DNA of 41,636 nucleotides, taken from assembly GCF_018977255.1 (NCBI RefSeq), contig NW_024705475.1, forward strand, positions 1 to 41,636. The letters are read 5' to 3'. Made by a program: the position numbers and the translations under genes. Shown in pieces: positions 23,383 through 37,165 of this stretch (positions are counted from its first letter, which is position 1; every line of letters begins with the position of its first letter). Below the pieces are notes generated by a model. That model was not told the DNA's origin. It worked only from the letters and a program-made list of their open reading frames with translations, and searched no databases. This DNA comes from Callorhinchus milii (taxonomy: Eukaryota).

Positions 23383-24211
23383 GCCGTATACAACATCCCT
23401 CCCCCTTCCACGCTGCCGACGCGGGGTCCCCCTACTTGGCTGGGGCAGCGAGCCCTATATCACCCCCCCCGACCCCCTGCTATGTATGTTCCTGTCGCAC
23501 CGAATTGGAACTTTCACAGATTTTCTATTCCTCTACCAAGTGCATTGGCATATTGTACCGTGCTCACGTTTTGTTGCAATAAAAACGTAAAAAAAAACCA
23601 GCATCACTGGCTACGAGCAGAACAACCTCTACGTAGCTATTTCTGCAGACAAACACGTCGGCTCTGGTCTCAATCCCCAAACCTTGTTGGACTGGGGGCC
23701 AGAACTGAGGGAAGCAAACTCCCTCGTTGAGTTGGACAAGGAGAAAGGGGAGACCTCTGTACTCCTACAGTCGTGGCAAAATGTTCTAGTCACACAGAGA
23801 GGGACGAGTGGACAGTTGGCCTAAATCATGTAGGAGTGGGGATTCTTAGTATCTCCAGCAAAGCAAGAGTTTGCTCAGCAAACATTAAGGATTTAAAATT
23901 GCTACAAGTTTAAGATATTGTGTTGCTGTCCGTCGCCCGCACCTCTGTTTAGCATGATTGGCTACGTACTGTGCGACAAACTTTCCAACATATGTGTATA
24001 CGTATATTGAACATATTTACAACACTAACAAGCCAACGAAGACGCGGATGTAGACAACATTTACGAAGATATTGACCAACGTCTTAAATTGGAGTAACAA
24101 AAACACGACAACCTGCATCTCCAGAGCCCCATGCGGCTCTTTAGGGACTGCAGTGCGGCTTTTGAAATTCTAAATAAATTAAATAAATATTTTCGTTTGC
24201 CGACTTCTAAG

Positions 24212-24298
24212 CATGGTAGTCAAATTTACCATGGGAGTCCAGTTCACCATGGGAATCCAGCTCAGCAAGGGAGTCCAGTTCACCATGGGAGTCCAGCT
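24212..24298. repeat. 18-bp tandem repeat, about 5 copies
   Basis: CATGGGAGTCCAGTTCAC units. Confidence 0.9.
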
Positions 24299-24800
24299 TC
24301 ATTCGTTCATGAAGCAATCTATATATACAGACACAAACACAATTTCCACCGAGAGGATGGGTGCAAACTCAGCAATCATTGGAAAGACGTCATCAACCAG
24401 TTCAAGTCATAACTGGCTGTGACATTCCCATCTTGCCACCTTCCGATGTTAATTTTTCTTTTTTCCCCGTGGCTTCGGCTCTCTGATTTCATATTAACAG
24501 GTTGCATTTCTCGCGCCAACGGGGCCACCTACGCACGCCGACCTCTACGTCATGGAGGCCGCTCTTATAACTTACAGTACATTAACATGCTAATCTCTCA
24601 CATTAACATCACTAGCGCCGCCCACTTAGTTTATATCCCTCGGATTACACCCTATAAAACAATCTGCATTCAGCAGCTTTCCGCCTCTTTCCTCCTGATG
24701 ACGATCATTTGTGTTGTGATCGAAACGTCGTAATTTTTAAAAATATTTATTATTTTTATTAATTTGTACCTATCTACGTGACTTTACCGAAAGACCCAAA
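24298..24800 (+). mobile_element. Penelope-like 3' remnant: GIY-YIG C-terminus, degenerate hammerhead, end motif
   Basis: FVHEAIYIYRHKHNFHREDGCKLSNHWKDVINQF matches the end of ORF 12958-13308. CTGATGAC-GATCA..TGATC-GAAACGTC lies at 24695-24729, but stem I is broken. Confidence 0.85.
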
Positions 24801-26604
24801 TAATATGATTTCCACCGTCTCGTATTCACCACAGTGCATTGCGGCTCTTGAAATATTGAGGGTGTTTTTTTTTACCGAATTCAAAAGAATTGGCTCTTCT
24901 TGTTGTTTCAGTTGCCGGCCCCTGATCCCCAGCATCATAATGCATGTACAAGCACTCACGTTATTTGGTATGTATTTTTACATTGTTTTGCAAGGCTTCT
25001 GCATACACATTATGGGACTGAGTAATACCCCACATCTTCACCCCCCGCCCCGCCTCCCCACCTTCTGGAAATCATGAACACAGTTAATATCTCAGAGACC
25101 GCTATACCTATAATCGAATTCTGTAAGTGCTCGCGACAGAATGAAACACTGGTCCGTTGTTTTAAAATAACACGCCAAGTGAGCACATCAGCGTTGATTG
25201 TAGTAACGCATGAGCCGCTCTTGCTGCTAAGGTCACAATCAGATGCATTTATTTATATAACAAGCAGGCAATACGGATGGAGAATGTTAAATTAAAGTAT
25301 GTACGCATGTTGAACTCCTCTTGGCGCCGCACATGGCCAAGTGTCCGTGTCTGACAGCGCCAATGTCCAAGAGAACGCGTGACCTCTACTCGCAGTTTAA
25401 ATATGAAATCACAAGAAGAGCCTTTTTGCTTCCAATCAGTCACACTTTTTTTTTTACCGGTAACGCCGGTAACGTCGAAGCTAATGCAAATGTCGAAACG
25501 AGTGCAAGACGTTTCTTGGAAAATCGAAAAAAAAAATTAAACAGAGCCCGTGGTAGCGTCGGATTTCATCAGCGAGAAACCATCTCTACCCACGCACGCT
25601 CAAGCTGCATCATTAAATAGTCACGAGTGTGATGGACCGCCGTACCTGCGAGAGGAATTGGGAGTCCTTCATTCGGTTTCATCTTGCTCGGACAACACAG
25701 GTCGAGTTTAAGCAATAGATTATTGCTCAGGGAAGCTGTAGGATATCGGGTTTTGGATAAAAGACAAGCGTAGAGGCTTTGCCTGTCCCTTCATGGGCCC
25801 TCAATGCTCCCCACAACCCCCAGGCGAACACACCACTACAGGGAGCACTGGATATTCATTACCAATGTTGGCCGTGAATGGGAATCTAACTCGGGTGGCC
25901 GGGTTTTGGAGCGCAGCTTAGCGCTAACTGCTACACTACCTCTCCCCAGCACACGCGACCTGCCGATCAACCATCTGTTGTGGACCGGTTTAAACCGCTG
26001 GGTGGACAGGTGGGGGGAAGGGGAGGGGGGGAGATTTAAGAAACTTGCACCATCCTTTGTCTGCCACACCACGAGACCGAATTGGCGCCCTCTGGATTGC
26101 AAGTCCATTTTGCTGCCCATTACTCCGCACAGCATACTGGTAAAGGGATATGGCCACGAATACGTTTCACGTTCAGGCTATTGGTGGGAAAGTTAGGATG
26201 AAAATATAATCATGGATAATTAATGATCAATGTGAAGCAGCTGTACTCAGTCAGAAAATAAGATGGCTTCTTTCTGGTAATACGTTTATTTTTTATTTTC
26301 CACTTCTATATTTATTCTGATTGCGCTATCGGCAGAGTGAGAAAATAATCAATCTCTCAGGCGTGCAAAGAAAATATCAAAGAAGTTGCTGCCCGAGTTA
26401 ATGCCCTTCAAGTTACCTTTCATTGGGCACTTCCACACTTGTCCTGCTACATAGAGTCACGGTCACCGCATGGCAGTGAGTCTGACATGTTTTAAGTTTC
26501 CGAGGTGGAATTTACTCAAATAGAATGCAGAACTAAATATGACTTAACTTTTTTCTGTCATGCAGTCATTGTTGACTGGGCTCGGACCATCAACGTATTA
26601 CGTG

Positions 26605-26751
26605 GTGCCGCGGCGGCGAGATGTTAACTACCTCGCCCGGTATACGGGAGGTCGTGGGTTTGATCCTGGCCCTGACGCCTACATATTTGGAGTTTGCATG
26701 TCTCTCTCCCCATGGTCGTCTGGATTTTTCTCCGGTCCTCCGGTTTCCACA
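26605..26751 (+). mobile_element. V-SINE-like tRNA-derived SINE, 3'-truncated
   Basis: tRNA-like head followed by the V-domain-like GGAGTTTGCATGT..TTTTCTCCGGTCCTCCGGTTTCC. Confidence 0.75.
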
Positions 26752-26970
26752 AATGATAGCTCAACGAAGTGGCTTATCACGTGGAAATGTATAGCAGCCA
26801 AGTACTCTCAAAGCATGTTTCTAAATGTGGAGGAAAAAACCAGAGGACCCGGAGAAAAATCCACACGACCACAGGGACATGCAAACTCCAAATATACAGC
26901 AGGTGTCAGGGTCGGGATAGAACCCACGACTTCCTGTATACCAGGCGAGGTAGTTAACATCTCCCCAGCG
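26747..26970 (-). mobile_element. V-SINE-like SINE, inverted partner
   Basis: Reverse complement of the adjacent copy and of 38955-39185 and 40420-40535. Confidence 0.75.
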
Positions 26971-27486
26971 TGGCACATGCCAGGTGGTCGGGATTAAATG
27001 TTTCCTTAATGTGGATACTATGCAAAGACGAAACTATATGTTGGCACAGTTCAAACACCGGTCGACTGTCGCGTACACATTCACATCAGACGATTCTCTT
27101 CCACGTTCCTTTGGACAATGGAGAAGAAGATGGAGACCTTCCCAGGCCTCCCCTGGTACGAGTGATTAAACAAAAAACTGGGACGTGTAATTGAATCAAA
27201 CGATGCGAGAACAAGTAACGGAACAAACTGCGAGCGGCCCCCATCAAGGCCACGATATGCATATTCTTGGAGGCAGAACGCTTGGAACAATGCAGGCGTC
27301 CGGAGTAAACGCCTCATTCGAGACACAAACATCTGAACCTCCTCACTTTGACATTCCTTATAGACACCAGTGTAACCATCAGCCGCATCAGGAACATCAA
27401 TGGACCGATGTGCGCATCTCCTTCAAAAGTGGACGATTAAAGACAAGCCGCGGTTAGTGCAACTGTCGCTGTGCAAAGAAAGCTAT

Positions 27487-27998
27487 TGCAATGTGAGGGT
27501 ATATCCGGGTTGTTGATTGATCACACCTCGTTACGATGATTGGCTCTACCGGTCCTGGCCCATAGCCAATGGGGAGAGGTCTAGGGGCGTGGCCCTGACA
27601 TAATGGGAAGGTGACATCTGCAAGTAGATGATTGGATCTGCTGGCTTTAGCCACAGCCAATGGGGGGACGAGTCAGGGGCGTGGTCCTGGGATCGCACGA
27701 TGGAGTCTGGAAGATTCCATGGAGGTTAACCAGGACTGGTGGAAAGGTACCACGTGACCCGGGTATTAAAAGGGGTGGAGACGGGCAACACGTGGTCAGA
27801 TCTGGAACGAACGAAGGGTGAGGCCACGCTGAAGTGGGGGTCCAGGCCTGCCACGTGGCAGCACGAGTCTCTCTCTCCCTCTCACGCTGTCTGTTATCAG
27901 CGTGAAGGAGTAAGACAGGAGTGGAATTTACATGAGGAGAGTTGTGAAGACCAATAAAGACCCTGATTCCAGAAGTCGCTTCCATGACCTTTATTACA
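27487..27998 (+). mobile_element. Solo LTR (512 bp) with CTAT target-site duplication
   Basis: TGCAAT...ATTACA ends, CTAT on both flanks, duplicated ATTGG/CCAAT/GGGGCGTGG blocks, TATTAAAA near 27765 and AATAAA at 27953. Confidence 0.8.
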
Positions 27999-28203
27999 CT
28001 ATGAACGACACAGTGAACCGCCGCAGTTTCGCGCTCTTTCAAACGGAGGAGGAAAGCAAAACAAAACGAACTCTCTCCTGAAGCCCTCTCGGTGGTGGCA
28101 GTCAACGTTTGGCATTTAGCTCCTGAACCTTATTGCCATACGCAAGAAACATGAGGTACAAACGCTATACATCATGCCCATCCTGATGCCATCCGACAGA
28201 TTA

Positions 28204-30446
28204 CACTATGTAACACAATTTTTGTTCCTGGGTAGTAAGTGTTATTTACTAATTGCTTATGCCTAAAAAGTACGTATAAAAAACGGCTATTATTCCCAAG
28301 AAACTTTGCTTTTGTGACCAGGACAGTGCTATTTTGAAATGTACCTATTTGCAATGAGAAAACGGGCGAATTTGTGTCTTTTCGTTCAAATAAATCAGAA
28401 AAAAACAACATATGAATCAAATTAATATGCATTTATAATAAAGTAATACAAATATTACTACAAAAGATATAGAAGTGAGTAGTTTTTTCGAGATTTACGA
28501 TTATATTGTAAATCACTTTCACGAATCAGCCCCCAAATGTAGTCTCCCATCATGTTCTCGTTTTACTGTCCTTGGTAGCAGTGTTCAAAGTCCAGTATAT
28601 CCTGTGAAATCTCTCACGTTGCTCCACCGAGTACGCTCCCATGTTCTCCTTGAATTTATGAAGATGAACATCAAGGATATGGACTTTGAGGGACATTCTA
28701 CAGCCCATTGTGCCGTAGTTCTTCACCAGCCTCAACCAGCTCCACTTAGTTTTCGACCTTGTGATTGCCCAGGATGCCATGAACCACTGCAAGAAAGCTG
28801 TTCCAAGCCGCTTTCTCCTTACTAGTGAGCTTTTTTGGGAATTCATTGCACTCCATGATCTTCTTTATCTGTGGTCCGACGAAGACACCGGCTTTGACCT
28901 TTGCCTCAGACAGCTTAGGGAAGAAGTCTTGAAGGTACTTGAAGGCTGCCGACTCCTTATCTACAGCTCTGACAAATTGTTTCAAAAGGCCCAATTTGAT
29001 GTGCAGTGGTGGCAATAGCACCTTCCGGGGTCCACCAGTGGCTCCCACTTGACGTTGTTCCTCCCCACAGAGAACTCGGTCCGCTGTGGCCAGTCCCGCC
29101 TGTGGTAGTGTGCCTTGGTGTCCTTGCTGTTCCAAAGGCAAAGCTAGCAGGAAAACTTGGTAAAACTGCCTTGGAGACCCATCAGGAATGCCACCGTTTT
29201 GAAGTCTCCGATGACCTCCCAGCCATACTAATCATACTTCAAGGCATCCAGCAAGGTCTTGATGCTGTTGTAATCCTCTTTGAGGTGCACCGAGTGAGCC
29301 ACGGGAATAGACGGGTACTTGTTACCATTATGGAGCAGCATGGCTTTGAGGCTCCTGAATGAGCTATCAATGAAGAGGCGCCACTCATTCTGGTTACAGG
29401 CAATTCCGATTGCCTCGAACAGACTGGTCACATTGTGGCAGAAGCAGAGCCCATCTTGATGGGTGAAGAAGCTGCAAAAATGTTGGTGACGCTTCCTCTG
29501 ATCTGTGACTTGCACACTTTCATCCAACAAGTTCCACTGCCTGAGCCTAGACGTCAAAAGCTCGGCATTGGACTTGGTGAGACCAAGATCTCTGATGAAG
29601 TCGTTGAGGTATTGTTAGTTGGGGTAGTATGGGTTTCTCTCCTCAGCTCCACCTCTGAAAATGTCATCTGGATCTACGTCTTCCCGCTAAATTCTTGGGA
29701 TAGCGAACTTCATGACTGTCTTTTCCCCTCTGTACCATCCTACAAAAATACATTAATTTCACCCATCACTAATGTGTAAGAGATTCTCGCAACATTTTTC
29801 ATAAATTATATTTTTTCAATAACATTCAAAATTGTAAAACAATTTAAAATTTAAACTTTGCAATTACTCTTTTTTTTACTAATGTTATAACATAAAATTC
29901 TGAGCAACAATTGTCCATCTTACCTTCCAGAGTTTTTTTTGCATTGTTCGCAGGTAAAATGAGGTGCTCAGAGTTTGTCTTGATCCCTGACAGGTATGCC
30001 GAAATATACTTTGTTGGCCTCACACATCTTAGCAGATGCTTCCACAGATGAATTTTTCGCTCTTCTCTTGATAAATTGGCCGCAGACATAGCAAAATGTG
30101 TCTGCCGGATGCTTGTAGCCTCTTGATGCCATCTCAGAAAAATGCAGATATGTATCCACTTAGGCAGCTGGAACGAAACTGAACTAGTGGGCTTAAGGCC
30201 CCTGTATTTATACTACTATTTATGTTACTGGAAAGTTATATAATGTTCTAGAAGTTACTCCAAGTTTACTCAGCACTGAACATATTTGGAATGTTCTGGA
30301 AAATAGGTAAATTTCAAAATATCACTGTTCTGGTCACAAAAGCAAAGTTTGTGGGAATAATATCCATTTTCTGTACTTTTGAGGCATAAGCAAATAGGAA
30401 ATAACACTTACGACCCAAGACAAAAAAAAACTATATTTACGCAGTG
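28204..30446 (-). mobile_element. Chapaev3 (CMC) DNA transposon, internally deleted
   Basis: CAC...GTG ends, imperfect TIRs of about 145 bp, TTA TSD (28201-28203 / 30447-30449) and transposase remnants. Confidence 0.9.
28470..30132 (-). pseudogene. Chapaev3 transposase pseudogene with a GT-AG intron at 29740-29923
   Basis: HPADTFCYVCG, WRLFIDSS..LLHNGN, PPLHIKLGLLKQFV, GCRMSLKVHIL, EQRERFH. Contains stops and frameshifts. Confidence 0.88.
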
Positions 30447-32699
30447 TTATAAATTTCAATTTCCGTTCCCAACATTGTGCAAGTCGCTTTTTTAATTCCA
30501 AACCAAATAAGAAGAATAATACACTAGTTGCATCAATACAATGTTGTAATTAGACAGGTTCATATAATTCCACTCACTCGATTCGCACTCACTACATTTT
30601 ATTCTAATCAATGTGACATGACTACCTCTCTGCGCTGAATACGTTGACCACTGAATAGTCTGTTGTCAACATTATGTTAATCTTGGGTGTCTGGATCACA
30701 GTTAATGAGACGGACAAAAATGTTCATGCATTTTTGCTTTAATTTAATAGCATATATATTTTTTACAATAATCTGCTTATCGTGTCCAGGGAGTTTGCTT
30801 ACAATCCTTCTTCAATTTCACTAGAAGTCAGCAGGTGATTGCTTTTAGGTCGATCAACACAAAATTCGGAATTTATTATTATATTTTAGGCACAATGTAA
30901 CCTTTCAAATCGAAAAAGGTATGATTTTATTTCCCTAACTGCTGCTTGTCACAAAATCGCTCAATCCAATTTTCGAGAAAAGTGGAAATGAAACAAAAGA
31001 AAACCATCCGCTCGCTTGCTCGAATCTCCTTCAGCATTCGTGACGCACCGAGCGGTGAGCGCAATTTATTTATTTATTTTGGTTCACGCGAGGCACCTTC
31101 CTTGCACAAATCCGCCACCCAAAGCACCATCGTCACATCATTGCACACCTAAACAAAGACAACAGGGTTGTAGATATGTTGTTGCACATTAGGAATGGAC
31201 CACACAACCGATGTGAAATAACTAAATATAAACTACATCAATATTATCAATGTACTCAATATATTCTCCAATAAGCTGAGCTATTAACATTAAGTAAACA
31301 TGCGGCTTCGATAGGCTTCCATTGCACACCTGTAATCCGTAATGTGTCTGTGTTGGTGTCAACCCCCTTTCATATCCTCTCTGTTGTGTTACCTACATTG
31401 TTTTCTTCATTAGGGGGGAAAGGATTTTTTCTAATAATTAAAAGCAATTTGTGACTGTGAGTTAAGTTGTTGGTCTCGTTGGCCTTAAGGTGTGGAGGCT
31501 GTGTAAAATGCCTCCCGCATGTCACGAGAGGTCAGGCATGTTTGTTTTAATTTTCCTATTAAGATTCTATGTGTTCGGACGAAGTTTGCGTGTCGAGTCT
31601 GGTGGCGCATTAAAACGAAGTGCATGGCTTGTGCTCCAAAACCCCGTTAAACACGCAAAGCTCCTCATGTGAGGGTTGGCTGTGATCGCGTACCCTTGCA
31701 ATGGACTTAGACGGAGGGCTCCTGTCAATAATATCTGCCAACGCAGGAGCGTTTGTTTAACAGCCCGACTGCTGATGAGACCAAGGCAAATGCTGCCGTA
31801 TACTGGCCTGGAAAGCCAGTCGACTGCGGGACTGTGGGTTATTTTAAATATATGTGGAGACAGAAGAGAGTTTTTCTTATAATGTATACGATTTTACCCA
31901 TCATTCTCTACATCAAAGCTGAAAGAGCTCGTCTAATGTAGGGTAGGATAGATGACCCTTGACCCTTCTCCAGGACAACAAATGCCTGTGTCTCAGTTTA
32001 CGATGCTGTTCACTTTGTAGCTGTACATTTACACTCAAACCACAACGCATTTGCTATTCACCTCCCTACCCGAAGAGACCAAAAGCACTCCTTTGTAGAC
32101 GGCGTAACAAATGATGCGATTGAATTATGTTCACTTGAGGCATGGGCCCATAATCGCGGCGTGCAAATTTCGAGCTTGACATTAGCTGATTGCTCGTCAT
32201 CTTCACGTTCATACGGAAATCTATTTAAAGCGTGGCGGCATCTTCCAGTAACAGCACCGAAGCATCTGATTATAATTACAACCGTGTACCTTTTTCGGAA
32301 GAAACCCCCCCCCCCCCCATAATACTGGAATGCAGATGCTGTAAAAGCATACTTTAATGGAGTCTGCCAGCGCGTATCACTGGGAATTAGTTCAATGTTA
32401 CAATAAAGTTGCAATATATAGCATCTAAATGCAACGGCATTATCACGATGCCGTGCAGAAACGGTGAGCATGTTTATTTGATAAAGAGAGGCAGTCAGTC
32501 ATTGGCAATGGAATAAATGGAACTTCAGCAGCCTCGACTTAAACAGGGGCAGAAGGTCAACAGCACAAGTATCTGAGAGAAGGAAGTTTCAAACTATGTA
32601 CGTATGTTGAACTTCTTTCGCACCGTACTTAGCCAACCGTGCTGATCGGAGGTGCGGGGGAAGGACAACAAACTTAACACAGAAAGCAGTTCTGAAGAA

Positions 32700-33500
32700 A
32701 TTAGTTTTCAATTTAGATTTAAAAGTGCACAGCTCTCAGTGGCTTCCTCACATCAGAAGGAAGAGCATTCCAGACAGCCGCGGAAGCGCATTTGAAAAGC
32801 ATGAGATGGAGGCAGTAGGTGAAAACGAGTGACCTCCAAACCGAGCAGAGGGTTGACTGGGGGCTTCGTAAGAAAGTTGCTGGCAAGGGGCGACCTACCG
32901 GTGGATCTTGAAGAACGGTGAAGTGCAACCTCGAAGCGGACCTGGCATTGGGATGGCGTTGGCCACGTTTAGGGGCGTGCACGTGAGGAGTCCAAACGGC
33001 GGAATGTTGGACGCGTATGGAATGGCGAAGACGAAGGATTTGGGAAGTTCCGTCGAGGAAAGAGTTACGCTGGCCGAGTCGGGGTGTTGTCACGACGAAG
33101 GCGGGAACGAGGAACTCGGCAGTGGCTGGGTGAGGAAGCCATAGGCGTGCACAAGGAGTTTGTTGCGCTGGATGGGAGGGGAGCGAGAGGCCCTGCGGAG
33201 TCCAGAATGGCGAGAAACGAACGAGAAGGCTCAAGATCGATGATAACTCCACGCCATCTCACACAAACACACACAATCTCCTCGCCATTGCGACCTCACA
33301 CTTTTAGGAGGTGCTCCCCTCGAGCTGGCATCTAGCAAGCGTGCGATATGCATTTTTGTTTGGTCCTGACGAGGAGAAAGTTGAAGGCAGTTGCACGATG
33401 AGACGGCGTCAAGGAGGAACGAGACATAGCCACGCGAGTCGCTCACACGGTCAACACGAGGGGGTTGACGGTGAGAAAGTTACGATCATCGGCAACCTCC
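32700..33500 (-). mobile_element. Old L2/CR1-like LINE 3' remnant
   Basis: Broken translation with GVIID and AVWNALPSDVR, resembling the CR1-group ORF2 C-terminus. Confidence 0.5.
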
Positions 33501-33702
33501 CGAGAAGTGCGGTTCGCTATGTATGGCGCGAAAGAATTTCAACACACTGTACATAACAGTGAGGCTGGAATCACAGTGCCAATGGGGATGTGGCCCTGCG
33601 TGTCATCGCATAGCCATGACAGTTGACAGATTGTACATTTTCATTTCGAATCGCGAAGTTGCGAGCACTTACGTTGCGCCTAATTCCGCAGCTCTATACT
33701 TT

Positions 33703-34634
33703 TGTAGTGGGTCCAACTGAGTAGCAACCCGGCTCCGCTGACAGCGTCTCCCCCGCATCCTCCGGAGCTGCAAGCTGTACAAAGTTATCGTCCTCGTCAT
33801 CCGACGTCCAGGTACTCAGTCCGCGACGTGTAGACATAGTCTCCAGCTTAGTTGAATAACTAGCGTGTTGGCCACTTCCGACACCAGTTGCAGTGGTGCA
33901 ACTGAGTCGCAGACGTTGTTCCTTTTAGAGGCAACACTTTTATTTGTAGCACCGTAACACAAAGGGGTAACTGCACCTTTGCCAGACTACAGCGAGTTAC
34001 TGCTACGAAGGGTCGATCCCTCACATGGGTCTCCGACCACGTGGTTGCCTCGTAAGACGGAAAGCTTCAGCTTGAGACGTAGAGCTTCCCGCTTGTAGAT
34101 GTTGAGCTTCCAGCTTGTAGATGTTGAGCTTCCAGCTTGTAGAATGCAGCGACCCCGGTCCCTCTCAGGGAAACCGCCTTATATCCATCTCCGGTTGGGG
34201 CCGCTCCGCCCTCAGCCCCACCCGCCTTCCCGAACATTCTCGTTCCCTCTCGATCCTTCTCAAGAGCTCTCTCCGGACACGTGATAACCCCTGAGTCCCC
34301 CACCTGGGGCCCGCTTGTATAGATATTCCGGATCACGTGTCTACGGGGTCAACCAGAGTGCCATGGCCCGGGGCAACCCTGCCCCTGGGCTGACGCTCAC
34401 CCCTCCTCCTCGGGGGAGCCCTCACCACACGCTGTGCGTGGTGCGCGCACTATCCCAGTGCTCGCCAAGCCCCGCTAGGGCTGGTACTACACACAGCCAC
34501 CCACACCGTGTTGTCCCTGCTAGGGCTGGTGCTACACACAGCCACCCACATGGTGCTGTCCACGATGTAGGAACATCGAACGGCATGACCCTTCCAGGCC
34601 GGCACCATACAGTGACATCCCCGATGTCACTACA
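33703..34634 (-). mobile_element. Collapsed LTR retrotransposon: 5' LTR (33889-34634), PBS, gag start and last ~24 bp of 3' LTR; CTTT TSD
   Basis: TGTAGTG...CACTGCA LTR with TATAA and AATAAA; PBS TGGTGTCGGAAGTGG at 33872-33886; 33703-33725 resembles 33889-33911; CTTT on both flanks. Confidence 0.82.
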
Positions 34635-37020
34635 CTTTTGACAAAGCCAAATAAACTCCTTTGAGATGCTTCTGGGGACAGCGCTCGAAACGATCCCGAT
34701 CTCTTGAGTTCTCACTTTTTGCCGGAGAAAAATACTCTGGAAGCACTGAGCCGTGGTGCCCTTGAGCCCACGCACCTCAAAAATATCGCAACATTTATTT
34801 CTAGACCATACGACTTCTGCACATCGGGATGCAACAAATGCAATGTGCACCACACTTGACGCTAGCTGCACCATCCAAACTCTTTGTTGTGTTTCGATTT
34901 AAAGCTTTCGTGACTGCAGGGATTCATCTTCTTGATGATGACTCTTTGTTGTGGTCAATTGCAGGTATATACAGGGGCTCAGTCTCTGTAATATTTTCTG
35001 AAATTATTCTCGATCGTCTTGCAGTGGGGATTATCGGCCACTATGCATAACTAGTACAGCCACCAATCCCAAACCATCGACCACACTGCTGTCTTCAATC
35101 GGACGAGATCCACTCTGCGTCTGAACAGACAATTGAGTGGATAAAACATCTAAAATGACATCATTCATTTGCTGCTATTAATGCATACGAAAGAAGAATA
35201 AGTACTGTAGTCAAATACTCTTTTACCCTTTAATCTTATAATCCTATGAACAAGTTTGTACAATTGCAATGGATGGACTGACCATTGTTTTTCACTGTGA
35301 CTTTCGTTAATATCCTGAAGCAGAAGATTCGTGCCTGGATAAAGCCACATTTCTCAAATGTGATTTGTAATTTTGATCCTTATCCGTGCATCGATAGCTC
35401 AATCCGAACGTGCACTTTCATTGAGGGACGACTGTGTGTTATCTTGGTGTGGCCTGGGGCTGTTTTTTCTTTTGATGCCTTGCCAAAACTTGCAGATAGT
35501 GTTGAAAAATCGGACTTATATACTTCATATATTGTTATTTATATATTTAAACGTCGTGGATTACCATTTTCTCTATTTTGCGCTCCTATTTTGTGTTTAT
35601 ATTGTTTGCTTTTGTCACTCGATGACCCGCCCATACTGGACATGTGTGAAAAAAAGCTTCATAGCTCATCGGATTCCTCCTGCAGTCTAAATTAATATTC
35701 TGATTCTGATCATGAAGAAGCATGATCATTCCCGGGAAAGAATGTTGAACTGTTCTGGCTGAAATTAAGCACTGGGTGCGTTTGTTAAATTGCTCTCGAG
35801 TTTATACCCCTTACTCAGCACGTACACGCGTTTGAGGCACGTTTGAGTATGGCATTAAATCCGCATTTACCTGCTGCATGCGTTTAATGAGGGTTAAAAT
35901 TACCCCATCAGCACACAAATATGAAGTCTAATTTCTTAGGTAACAGGTAGAATTCTCGACCCCAATTATTTATTTTCGTGCTTTCCGGAATCGTTCAAAT
36001 GGCGAGTATTTCTTTTTTATATCGGCCACGGAGAGAAAAAATAAAACCCGATGAAACATCCAAAGGCTTCACGATTTAAAAGGGGCACGCAACGAAACAC
36101 GAGCTAAGCTACATACATATTGCACATCACACAGTGCCAAGGTCATGCATTATGCATGGTAGGTACCTATTGTGCCAGGCCCGCAATTTTTTTTATTAAA
36201 TTGCACTGCACGGTTTGTGTATCTGAAACTTTCACGGAGTCTGTTCCGGGTTTGAATGTGTGGAGTGGCTTCACTGATTGAAGGACACTTCCCAGGGTCA
36301 CGGCTACAGCCTTAAGAAATACATTATTCCAAAGCTGCCTAGCAGACAGGGAGATCAATACGTGCCCGCACATTTAAATACAACACTGATGGAACACGCG
36401 CGTGCAAATGTAAGCTCTACATTTAAATTATGCGTGACAAAGCGGGTGACTTGATCAAATGAACTCCGATCCTTCACAAGCCGAAGGTTTTCAGTTCAAA
36501 TCCCGCACGGAGGTAGACTCAACCTCTAAACCCTCCGTGATAGATCAAACGAGTGGCACTTGGCAGAGATGTGTATTAAACACCCACCATAGAAACGTGG
36601 AATTTCCACGAATGGTTCAGGATTGCCAATTGAGTTCATTATCCGACACATTGCTTATTTGAAGTGAATGACACATACGTTGTATTATTTGTTTATTACT
36701 AAAACGTGACTGAGGATTTTGAATCACAGCAACCACACAAATCAACGTCACAATATCGGCCATTAAGTAACTGTCAAACAACATGGAGTTTGGCGCAAGC
36801 GCGGATGGACGATTTGTTTGGGCATCACTAGTCCAGCCAGTGGTATATGTCGGAGTGTTGGCCGTCTGCACCACGGACGGTGCACTCTGCCGTGTGCGGC
36901 GAGCCAACATAAAAGGGATTTACCCCGAAGTATACGGAGACACACCGATGCAACGTAGCTCACCCATGCGCCTATCCGCGCACGACTACCCAGTTAGCCC
37001 ACAGCACAAGTAGCAACAAC

Positions 37021-37165
37021 ATATTCTTTGGGTATTTCGGTAAAGTCACGTAGAAAGGTTCAAAGAAAAAAAACTAAATTATTTTTTGTTATTTTCTTTG
37101 AACCTATCTACGTGACTTTACCGAAAGACCCAAAGAATATTAATTCCTGCAGTCACGAAAGCTTT
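37021..37165. repeat. 120-bp palindrome made of two inverted PLE end motifs
   Basis: 37021-37066 is the near-perfect reverse complement of 37095-37140, followed by CTGCAGTCACGAAAGCTT. Confidence 0.85.

Noticed and set aside
31765..31822. CTGATGA...GAAA enclosed by CGACTG/CAGTCG as a hammerhead
   Set aside because: There is no stem III or NUH triplet between GAAA and stem I.
35221..35898. piggyBac-like element ending GAGGGTTAA
   Set aside because: No convincing matching left TIR with TTAA, and no transposase remnant.
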